This document shows, piece after piece, positions 1 to 10,002 of a stretch of DNA of 64,000 nucleotides. The notes below the pieces were generated by a model. It saw nothing but the letters and a program-made list of their open reading frames with translations, was not told the DNA's origin and ran no database searches. How positions within the stretch are numbered: position 1 is the stretch's first letter; every line of letters begins with the position of its first letter. This stretch comes from Psammoneis japonica (lineage: Eukaryota). The stretch is from positions 310,001 through 374,000 of the forward strand of contig QPGO01000006.1 of the NCBI GenBank assembly GCA_008632985.1, given 5' to 3'. The position numbers were made by a program, and so were the translations under genes.

Positions 1-2000
1 ATTCCATCTTCTTGACCACATCAAGATGATTGAAGATCTGATGGTTGAAGCACTCAGACAAAGCTTTGGAGACACCACCTTGATCAAAACCTTGGAACCT
101 GTGCCAGCTGCTGCCAACATGTGGAAGTGTGCCACACTGAGATCTTTGTGAGCTGGAGGGAAGAGTTGCCAAAGAAAAATCTGTGCAGTCTTTGCCAGAG
201 TGGGAACTCAAAAGTGAGAGCTTCCAGAGACTTTTTGTCACTCTCAACATCTCCAAGAGCACTTGAGTTGCAAGTGTCTGGTTTGGTCATGAAAAGCACC
301 ACAGAACCAAGAAAATCCTTGCAGCCCCCAAAAAAGTCAGCTGGACATTGATTTTCTCTTTTGGCAATTCTTGGTTGAACCAAAAGTTGAGACAGCTGTG
401 ATGAAGCTTGACTTCATTGTGGGCAAGGTGCTGGCAGCAGTCAGCTGGGTTTTGTGCTGAGCTTTTGGGTTGGCAGCATCAAACTTGTGGAGATGGTCTC
501 AAATGAACTCATGACCTTGATGCCAGATTTGTTCTTGACATTGTGGGGCAAGACATTTCTTGGCAATGACCTTTTTCCAGTTCTTGGGCAGTTTGGATGA
601 AACAATCCTTGCCCAACTCATCAACAGAGGTGTGTAAAAAACCAAGTTGGCTGCTGAACTTGGAAGTCATTGCAGAAGCTTGTTGATGTCAACAAGAGCA
701 TTTGATTGAGCCAGTTGCTTCCAGGTGGTGTGGCACTGTGATGCAAAGCTGCAGGCAGTCGACAGACTCTTTTGCTTGCAGCTGCCATCTGATGTGGAGT
801 GACCAACATGACAAGTGGCATGAGGCAAGTGTTGGACCCTGCCATCAAAGAACCCACAAACTTGGAGTTGCAGCCATGGCAGCCATTGCTGGCTGCCTCA
901 ACACTGGCATTGAAGACACTGGGGCTTTTGTGCTGTGTCCCTCACATGGCAGCAGGGTGCTTTGGCAACAACACTGTGCCCAACTTGTTTCCGGGCTCAA
1001 AGCAAAATGGTCATTTGCGGTGATGACCTTGTGAGGAGAGCTGCGGGCTGTTCAGCTGAACACTTGATGTTCCTGCTTCTGAGCTGGAGTTCACCACACC
1101 TCCATGCAAGGGTGAATGGCAGCACCAGCACCAATTGGTTCAAAAATTGTGGTCATTGCTGCAGTTGCATCAAAAAGGCACCAATCTTGAGACATTGTCA
1201 AATTGAATTGCAGCCAGCCCCAACACTCTGCACATCACTTGTGCTGTCTTTCTGCACGCTGCTGAAGCTGTGCAGCCACATTCACACTGTGCAGTGTTGC
1301 AGAGCTGCAGCACCACACTTGCCAAATGCAGTTTTTGAGCTGACTTTCCTCTTCTCACCCAAAACATGCACACAGCACCTTGAAGCTTGCCATGGTCTGT
1401 GTGCACTGAATCTGCCATCAAGAAATGGGGTCCAAGCACAGAGACAAATGCCAGAGTGTTTTCTCAGAAACACACAAAACAGCCACATCAGAGCCCAGCT
1501 GCTGCCACTGAGCATCTTTGGAAGCCTGGTGATTGGCAAAACAGATGTTCTTGGCTGGAGGTGATTGACTGCAATGTGAGGCCCTGCATGTGACTCATCA
1601 TTCTGTCAGCACTGGTGTTTTGTGATTGAATCACAGCCACCATGGTGGCCGAGTGCTTTTTGAAATGCATGGGTGATGCTTGGGTTGTTTCTCAATTGGA
1701 TGCCACCCAAGCTTGCAATCCCAACTGCACCAAAAACAACAATTTGCAGTTGTGCTTTCATTTGAAACAATTGAACTGGCACCAGTGGGAAAAATGATCA
1801 AGTTGTTCACCAGTGGATTGGACAACATCATCATCCCCACTCCAGCTTCACGAGCCTCTTGCTTCTGGAAAGCACACCGCAGCCAATGCAGCCATGATGA
1901 TTGGGGTTTTCCAAATCAACCAAGAGATGCTCGCATGGCACTCAAGACAAGAGCCATCATGGTGGCAAACCGAGGCACATGTGAAAGTTGGCATCTGCTT
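1..2000. other. TA/CG-depleted island A (degenerate repeat or TE-like DNA, class unresolved)
   Basis: Only one TA seen by eye in 2 kb (635-636, in TGTAAAAA) and about ten CG. TG/CA-rich, with overlapping Cys/His-rich ORFs nearly lacking Tyr and no recognisable intact gene. TA resumes at about 2004. Confidence 0.8.
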
Positions 2001-2235
2001 GACTACAATGCTGATTTGCAAACAATGTTGGCACGCTATTCTGCTTCTTTTTTACTGAGGCGGTTCAAAAGATGGACAATGTTGTCATGGTGTTGGGAAA
2101 AGAAGGAAATGGCAGTGGGCACTGGATAAACAGCACGAAACGTGCTGGGGAGGTACAGTAAAAAAAATTGTATCGAATCAAAGAGCGATTGTAATCAATC
2201 TTCGTAGCTATGGCTCAAGTTTTAAAAAGTATTCA

Positions 2236-3721
2236 TTATGGCGGCGCGAATTGCACGAGCTCTTGTGCGGGACTGTTGTGTAGAAGCGACAGGCTTACAT
2301 CCCATAATCGTTTGCTCCATTTCTCATCCGCCGCCCGCAAAGCTTGAGCTGAATTCTTGTTTACGGTAATGTTGTGACTGTTCCACAGCTTGACAGTGAC
2401 ATGCTGCGCTGGCCGGTGGTCGGTTGGCAGAAAAGGAATGCAAAGACAGTCCATGTACTGTCCTCCCTCTTTGAGGCTTCAGGCTTGTTTGCAATGGCGG
2501 CAAACAGCAAGGCGTGTGCCGCTTGCTTGGGAGTTCTCCACGACAGTGGCAGGTAAAGACGATTCACAAGCAAGGACAAACCCGGCACGTACCCGCGAAA
2601 CATGTTGGTCAAGGCCGTTCTGGCGGAATGTGTCAAGACGGCTCCAGGGTGCAAGGCATGAGCAATCACGGTCGAGTTGTCGGCTTTTAAACGTCGATTC
2701 AATTCCAACGCTGTCAATACATTACACAGTTTGGCCCGTCCATAGGCTTTAAACCATTCCACGTTGTTCCGTCGGCACGAGTCACTTCACCCCTCAAGTC
2801 CCCTTCGCCAGTTCCGACATGGAAATTTTCACCAAATACATTGGGTCCAAACACTCCCACCGCAGATGTGACGGCCATTTCGCTCGAGACAAACACGACA
2901 CGTGCTTCTGGAGTAGCTCGTTGCAAGGATGGCAAGAGTCCCAACGTCAAGGCAAAGTGGGCCAGATGCATCCCACCAAAGCCGTCTTCCAGTCCCTCGG
3001 CAGTCAAGTTGTGAATAGGAGTAGATCCCGCATTGTTAAAAAGATAGTGAATCACTGGATACTGTGTCGTGAGTTGTTGTGTCAATCGAAACGCCGATTC
3101 CAAACTGCTCAGCTCCAACGAAAAGGCCGATCCCGTCGAACGTCTTGACACCTCGTCCAATGCGACTTGGCATTTTTGTACAGTACGACACGTTACAACA
3201 ACATGAGCACCCCGTTTGGCAAGAGCCTTGGCGAGAGCAAAGCCAATCCCCGTATTGGCACCCGTCACGACGCACACCTTGCCCGAAAGGTCGGCCTTTA
3301 TTGCGCTGCTTGGTAAACCCGCGTGGTCCACTGTGAATTTTAAAATCAACATGGAAGAAAACATCCAACCCAGCATGGTCAAGGCGTAGTGTTTGTAAGA
3401 TTTACAATAGAAAATAAAGGCAACCGGCATGGCTGCGCATACCACGAGTGGTGCCGGGTAATTGTGTATCAGGCTGGACCACTCGGGCTGCCGAAACAGA
3501 CCGAAAATAACAGTGATTGGCACCACGACATATGCAATTATGAGAGCTGAAATTAGCGTATTTTTCAGTATCGCCTTGTTTCGTTTGGTTGTTTGGGGCG
3601 TGGGAGGAGGAGAAAAGACCCCTGCTGATATTGCTGCCGTTAGCGTCAAGGGTGAAATGTGATTGATCAGCAGCGATGGCTTTGGTAGCAGTTGAAGCGG
3701 ATTGGGATTACTCGACGTCAT
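2236..3721 (-). CDS. Membrane-anchored short-chain dehydrogenase/reductase (retinol dehydrogenase-like), frameshifted
   Basis: N-terminal hydrophobic helices, VVTGANTGIG Rossmann motif, NNAG, YGRAK (YxxxK), HPGAV and C-terminal RLWDVS. Split over ORFs 2714-3721, 2361-2762 and 2236-2454. Confidence 0.85.
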
Positions 3722-3870
3722 AAGTACCGGTTTTCATAACTTGTTTCAAGCCATTAAAGGCGGTTAAACGCAAAGTCCTTTAGCAAGATGACGCGATGAG
3801 AGAGTCTATAGTACTGAGATTAGAGGTGACACCTCCATTGGCATGTGATGATGCGATGCGTGAAGTGTGA

Positions 3871-4790
3871 GACCCCGTCCAAACTGGATCGTACTTCCGT
3901 ACTATCGTACTTGAGTATGGCCTGCTTTATGACGTCACGAGCCATAAAAGGAGTCGTGTCAACTGCATCGTACTTGCGTACATGAGTACTATCATACCCC
4001 AAAAATTAGTCGAGTTACTCATTTCTGACATCACCGGAGCGCGTAACGAGTGGATGCGATACAAGTCGCCATGGAGATGTGTGGTTGTTTTTGACAGCTT
4101 CTTTCGATTTTACCACTTTATAAGTAACACCAATCGATAATATGAAGCGGATATGATATGTTACGGCAAGAAAATGTTAAAATATTGTGCACTTGTTGCT
4201 GAAATAGACCTTTTGTATTCAAAGGAATTTTTTCTGTCTGTTGCATCATACAAAGTCAATGCATAAGGTGGCTAAACTAGATCTGTTAGGCCCAACAACA
4301 ATCTTATCGACTAATTTAGATACGAAGGATTTAATGGGTTTATTTGTATGTGGTGTGACTTTAGAGTAAGGGTCGATATGGCCCGAGAAGAATGTGCAGA
4401 AACGTTCAAATGAAAAGTTTCTGAAATCACCCCGTAAGTCTAACGTTATTTCACTGAACAAAACAAGAAACCACACCTACACACTAAGTAAAATATGGCG
4501 GTTCTAATAAGGTTACTTTTATCATCATAAGGTAAAACTTTGATGCCGCTGTGGGCCGTCATCTTCATTCGTCGTGATGCTGTTTTTCGTGCGAGCGGGG
4601 GTATGATGTCAGGGGTATGATGTCGCGAAGGAACAGACAGGGCCGGTGGTCTCTGTTCCTGACGCGAGATCGTATGGCCTAAATATTGTAGAATCATAGG
4701 GCACATAACCCTAAAAAAGTCGCAAAGCGCCTTTTTTAGGCCATACTCAAGTACGAAAGTACGCAAGTACGATCCAGTTTGGACGGGGTC
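3871..4790. mobile_element. Non-autonomous DNA transposon (MITE), PIF/Harbinger-like by its 3-bp TSD
   Basis: 53-bp terminal inverted repeats at 3871-3923 (GACCCCGTCCAAACTGGATCGTAC...GAGTATGGCCT) and 4738-4790, with 2 mismatches. Flanked by TGA at 3868-3870 and 4791-4793. AT-rich non-coding interior. Confidence 0.9.
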
Positions 4791-5171
4791 TGATGCAAAA
4801 AGAAGGCATGATTGATGGCCGCAACGGGGAAAAGGGGGCTTTCACGGCGGAGCCCCGCAACGACGCCAAGACGCACGAGGCAAAGCGCACGCACCTTGCA
4901 CGAAGTCACATCAAATCCACTCCCCGCCCCCCCCCTTACCCCCCTTTTTCCTCTGACGACCGACGCGACGACGAGAAAAAAAAGTGTGCACTTCTGACGT
5001 CGTAACAGATCCCAGGGCGTTGGAGTTTTAAGAGACCAACCCTTTATACTCTTCCTCTTGTTATCATCCATCGCTGTCTTTGTTTTACTTCTGTGTTGAG
5101 ATTTCTGTTTGATTTTCTTCGTCGGGAATCTCGTTGGGAGTAAAATATAAAACTTGTGCGGCTCTATCGCC

Positions 5172-6344
5172 ATGCGCCGTCGACAACGGGCTTTGTTGTT
5201 TGGAGCTATAGTATTATTTGTGATTCTTGTGTTGATCAACGACGACAAGAAGGTGATTGTCAATAATCAAACAGAGACGAAAGCAATAATTGTCGATGCT
5301 CATGATGATAATAAAGATACAGAGGCAATGCGGGAATCATCGCCTCGACGACCGACTCGACAGATTTCCATCTTGGGGGAACGAAACTCGGGGACACGAT
5401 GGATTTACGAGTGAGTATATACTATAATCAACTCAACTGCTTTCTTTTGCTCTCCAGTCAAACAATTCAATTCGCCCTAACGTCCCAGTGTTCTCATTTT
5501 TTGTTGCTGTTGCACTACCTGTTTTGGTTTCAAGTCACTTACAAACGTGCTTTAATCATTCGCTTTGGGTAAGCAAAACCTTATTGTATGTTTTCTTGTC
5601 TTTACCAAAAGTCGAAACTGACATTTGTATACTTCGTTTTACTACAGGTGAAACGAGACTTGACGCGCTACAAGCATTGGTTTCAATATGACAATGCAAC
5701 AAAATACCATCACAGCACGCTCGTGGTGGCAATGTTTCGTAACCCCTATTCTTGGCTTGCCGCCATGCGAAGAAAGCCTCATGGCGCACCGAATCACTTG
5801 AGACTTAACAACTATACAGAGTTTTTAACAAGAACATGGACCATGAATCGCATTGGAAGTGATTTGACAGTCTCAAAGGATGTCAAGGAAGGAAACGTTC
5901 TTTGTCAACAGGATTTCAAATACAACGAGATTGTTTCATGTGAAGTAGAGCCCGTGCCAGCAGAGCAATACAATCATACATTGGCTTTTTCGGAGCAACG
6001 TCCTTTTTATGAGATGAAACCGGGGGTGAGCCCTTTGCCAACATTATGGAGCTACGATCCGCAAAGATTCGAAACTTTTTAAGCGTCCACAAATACAAAG
6101 GCATTTCGAATGTTTGGCCGACTCAATACGAATACTTATTGTTCAAGGGACCAAGGCACTGTTGAACGATATTTCCGAATTGACGGGTGTCCCGTACAAG
6201 TGCGAGCCGTTTCCGCCGCAACAAGACCGTATCGTGCGACGTGTTACAAGTGACTTGGTGCGAATTGTGAATGCCAATCTCGACTGGAGCGCCGAGAAAC
6301 TTATTGGATATTCCCAAATGGCAGAACAGAATGTGAAAATATAG
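5172..6344 (+). CDS. Type II membrane protein with a sulfotransferase-like loop (ILGERNSGTRW), function unknown
   Basis: ATG at 5172 followed by a TM helix. Introns at about 5411-5534 (GTGAGT..AAG) and 5569-5647 (GTAAGC..CAG). FRNPYSWL motif. Frameshifts near 6025 and 6115. Confidence 0.65.
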
Positions 6345-6440
6345 CTAACAGACTAGAGACATTGCCATCACGGTTCGTTTTGATACGACTACTAGCTAGA
6401 GTAGGCCCTCTAGCTAGTAGCTAACTCTAGTACGGTTAGG
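6340..6440. repeat. CTAG/TAG-rich low-complexity intergenic tract
   Basis: ACTACTAGCTAGAGTAGGCCCTCTAGCTAGTAGCTAACTCTAGTAC, lying between a gene 3' end and the next promoter. Confidence 0.7.
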
Positions 6441-6804
6441 AGTTGAGCTCCTGCCGTCGGCCTCTTTCTTCTCGGTCTGATCTGCTGGAGCGAGCCTGGA
6501 GACCGCAGAGGTGCGTGGTGCGTGCGTGCGTGCGTGGTCAAAAGCAGTGGCCGTCTGTCTGTACGTACGGAAGAATGTAGCGAAAAAAATGAGAACTCCG
6601 ATGTCAACAACAGGCACGACTACTGGCAACGACATGATCTCAATCGCGAAAGCTGTCAGCGACAGCAAGTCGTGACGATCAGCCCAAAAAGCGACGTTTC
6701 GGTGTAATCAACAGCAGATAGTAGAAGAGCGTTCTAAACAAAAGTCGAAAGTGTGTCGAAAACAAACAGTACCTCGAGGTGTGTGCAAAGACCTTGATAT
6801 AAGT

Positions 6805-8313
6805 ATGAAAAAGAATTTTGTCCTGGATACGAACGTGCTCTTGACGGATCCACTGGCCCTGAGCAAGTTTGGTGACAACAACATTGTCCTTCCCATTACA
6901 GTTATCGAAGAACTTGATAAATTCAAACGGGACTTGAGCGATTTAGGACGCAACGCACGAGAAGTAACTCGAACACTCGATCACTATCGAGAGACGGGGG
7001 GCAGTCTCTCCAAGGGTGTCAGGACTCAACAGGGAGGATTGTTGCGAGTGTGGACTGATTTGGGCAAGGAACCTCCACTTCCCTTTCCGACTCTGTGGAA
7101 GACGGGAGACAGTTTGATTTTGGCGTCCGCGTTGCTTTTGAAAAAACGAGAGGACCTGCCTGTGGTTTTTGTTTCTCGTGATATCAATCTCCGATTGCGA
7201 GCAGATGCGGTTGGATTAAAGGCCGAAAACTATGAGGAAGGTGAGACCAGATCTATTGAGGAATTGTATTCTGGTATTGTAAAAGTGGAGCTTGAAGACG
7301 AGGCAATCGAACTTTATGAAAAAGAACAAGTGTACCTTCCGCCCGAAACGAGCTCGCTTCAAGCAAACCAGTGCGTGGTGTTTCAAAGCAAGCAAAATCC
7401 AGACCAGAAACCTTTGTTGGGACGATACTTGTCAACATCCGAGGGTGTGAGGCCCATAATTAGTGAGCACGAGGAGTTGATGGGCATTCGAGCTCGAAAT
7501 ATGGAGCAGCGGTTTGCAATGGACATGCTGCTAGACGATGAGATCAAGATTGTCACATTGGCCGGGAAGGCTGGGACCGGCAAAACTCTTTTAGCGATTG
7601 CCGCGGGATTGCGAAAGGTTGTGCAAGAGCATGAATATTCCAAACTTGTCGTTGCTCGTCCGATAATGCCTTTGGGGAAGGAACTGGGTTTCCTACCTGG
7701 CGAGATTGGCGAAAAGCTACGACCATGGATGGAACCGGTTTTTGATAATCTTGAGTTCATCCTCAAGGTACATAATCATGTAAGCGACAGCGACGATGAG
7801 GATGAGCGGCCAAAGGGACGACAACGTAAAAGATCATCGGCAGATCAAGATGTCTTACAGAAAAATCTAGATCAAATCATGAATAAGCACCAGAAAAGCC
7901 GCAGCGAACACGATGAAAACGGACAGCAGAACCATCAGAAGCATTCACGAAGGCATCGAAAGAAGTATTCTGTCGACGGCGACATTGGGGAGATGCTTAG
8001 CAGTGGTATGCTTGAAGTTCAACCATTGACGTACGTGCGGGGGAGGAGCCTTCCTGGTCAATTTCTTATTATTGACGAGGCTCAAAACCTGACACACCAT
8101 GAAGTCAAAACGATTGTCACTCGTGCCGGAGAGGGCACCAAGGTTGTGTTGACTGGCGATCCGTACCAGATTGACAATCCCTTTCTCGATTCCGTTAGCT
8201 GTGGCCTTGCGATTGCTGTGGAGAAGCTCAAGGGTCAACCCCTGGCAGGACACATCACTCTAAACAAGGGAGAACGTTCCCAGTTGGCTGAAATGGCAAG
8301 CAATCTGTTGTAG
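6805..8313 (+). CDS. phoH: PIN-PhoH fusion protein (PhoH2/YlaK-type RNase-ATPase)
   Basis: PIN motifs FVLDTNVLL, VIEELDKFK, GDSLIL and SRDINLR. PhoH motifs GKAGTGKT, LGFLPG, RGRSL, IIDEAQN and GDPYQID. Intronless and intact; ATG at 6805. Confidence 0.95.
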   Translation: MKKNFVLDTNVLLTDPLALSKFGDNNIVLPITVIEELDKFKRDLSDLGRNAREVTRTLDHYRETGGSLSKGVRTQQGGLLRVWTDLGKEPPLPFPTLWKTGDSLILASALLLKKREDLPVVFVSRDINLRLRADAVGLKAENYEEGETRSIEELYSGIVKVELEDEAIELYEKEQVYLPPETSSLQANQCVVFQSKQNPDQKPLLGRYLSTSEGVRPIISEHEELMGIRARNMEQRFAMDMLLDDEIKIVTLAGKAGTGKTLLAIAAGLRKVVQEHEYSKLVVARPIMPLGKELGFLPGEIGEKLRPWMEPVFDNLEFILKVHNHVSDSDDEDERPKGRQRKRSSADQDVLQKNLDQIMNKHQKSRSEHDENGQQNHQKHSRRHRKKYSVDGDIGEMLSSGMLEVQPLTYVRGRSLPGQFLIIDEAQNLTHHEVKTIVTRAGEGTKVVLTGDPYQIDNPFLDSVSCGLAIAVEKLKGQPLAGHITLNKGERSQLAEMASNLL

Positions 8314-8551
8314 CCAACGAGACGATCCTGTACCAAAAAAATTATCATTTTACTGGAGCATGGAGTAGGAACTATAGCACTGTACTGTACCGGTAGGGTA
8401 GACTGTACTGTGTCAAGAGGGCAAAGAGCATTCAGAGAAAAGGCTTCTTGGGTGAGTGCGGCATGTTCACAAACTGAGCATTCAGCACCTAAGAAGTATG
8501 ATAGTCCACCTACCGTACAGTAGTATGATCTCATGTAGTATCTTTAGCTTC

Positions 8552-9411
8552 TTAAATACGGGCTTTGATCCATTCCACGGTGTGTGCAATAACTTCATCT
8601 TTTTCCGGCTCATTAAGAATTTCATGAAAAAGACCATCATATGCTTTGTATTCCTTGTCTTCTGAAGCTGCGTTTTCGTAAAGAGATTTTCCACCGTCTG
8701 GGTTGGCAAGCACATCCTTGGTACCCTGCATAATGAGGAGTGGCACCTTCATGTCGCTGTACTTGTCCGCGACTTCATCAAAGCCATACAACATTTGCGC
8801 TCCAATTCCTGCGCGGACGCCTCCGTGGAAATTGAGTGGATCTTCGTCATAGGCTTTGCAAACTTCCTTGTCACGAGAAAGATTATCGGAACCGAGTTGG
8901 TCCAGCTCTAGCGAAGGAACCAATAGCCGAAGAATCGAGCAAGATAAATCATGACAGTTCTAATGTCATCCCCAACCTTGAGCGCCGGGGCGGAGAGCAC
9001 CAAACCTTTAATGTTGGGCTTGAATCTTAGATTGTACAACGAGGCTAGCAATCCACCCATGCTATGACCCATTAAAAAGATGCCAAGCTCCTTGGAAGAA
9101 CCCCCCTCCGTTTTCTTTACATGCTCAAAGAGACAATCCACATCCGACAGAATTCTTCAATTTTCGTAATGTAGCACTTTGGCTCTCCATCGGACTTGCC
9201 ATGCGTACGAAAATCCATTGTGTAGACACTCAAGTTTTGTTTCGCAAATTGTTCCGCCGTGTAGACATAACGACCCGAGTGTTCTCCCAAGCCATGAAGG
9301 AGTACAACGATTGCCTCCGGCTTGGCGACACGCCATTGACGAACAAACAGCTGGAGATTGCTCTCGGGGTTCTCCACCTTGCCTTCCCAGTATCTGCGTC
9401 TTTACCGACAT
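8552..9411 (-). CDS. Alpha/beta hydrolase, monoacylglycerol lipase/lysophospholipase type, frameshifted
   Basis: HGLGEHSGRY, D-x-R-x-HGKS, GHSMGG nucleophile, QGTKD and HEILNEPE motifs. Spread over ORFs 9117-9377, 8908-9141 and 8552-8923; likely start MSVKTQ at 9411. Confidence 0.9.
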
Positions 9412-10002
9412 GGTTGAAACCAATCACCAGGTCAAACTCTCTATTTGTGGAAGTACCTATTCTAATAGCCAGTAGTATAGAACCGACTGCTCCGGATAGT
9501 GAGCATGATGATGTTGTTGTTGTGACAGCACGATCGTTTTGACGACGACACACTGACGACACCGCGTGGCGCATAATCGCGCATGCACGACTCAACTACG
9601 AAGTCTACGGGAAGTAAAGTTTCAATGCGAGCTCGCATCGGTCGACGCATAGTTTTCGTCATTTTTTGCCTATTACGGTTTGAGTATCGTCCATCTCACC
9701 TATTGGCGTTCTATACGTGTGCTATTGAACCTCGAGACGTCGTAGTTTTGTTGTCCCCACTGAGTTCAGAACATGGATAACCAAGATCTATCTTCAGCTT
9801 GCTGGACTGTCTAGTATTACCGGATTCCGGATTTCCCACAACACAAAGATTTTTTGTGGCATTTATGTGTCACATTGGTGCATTGGTCGCATTGATTTGT
9901 GTCATCACAATGGAAATGGTGTCCTTCTACACCTTTGTCGGAACTGCATCTGCAGTAAGTCTCTCCGTACTCAGATGCCTTCTACTAGGATTCTTCTTGC
10001 TC

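Noticed and set aside
84..2129. Numerous overlapping Cys/His-rich ORFs in the islands read as real small or metal-binding proteins
   Set aside because: They are a by-product of missing TAA/TAG/TAY codons. They occur in all six frames with no coherent domain.
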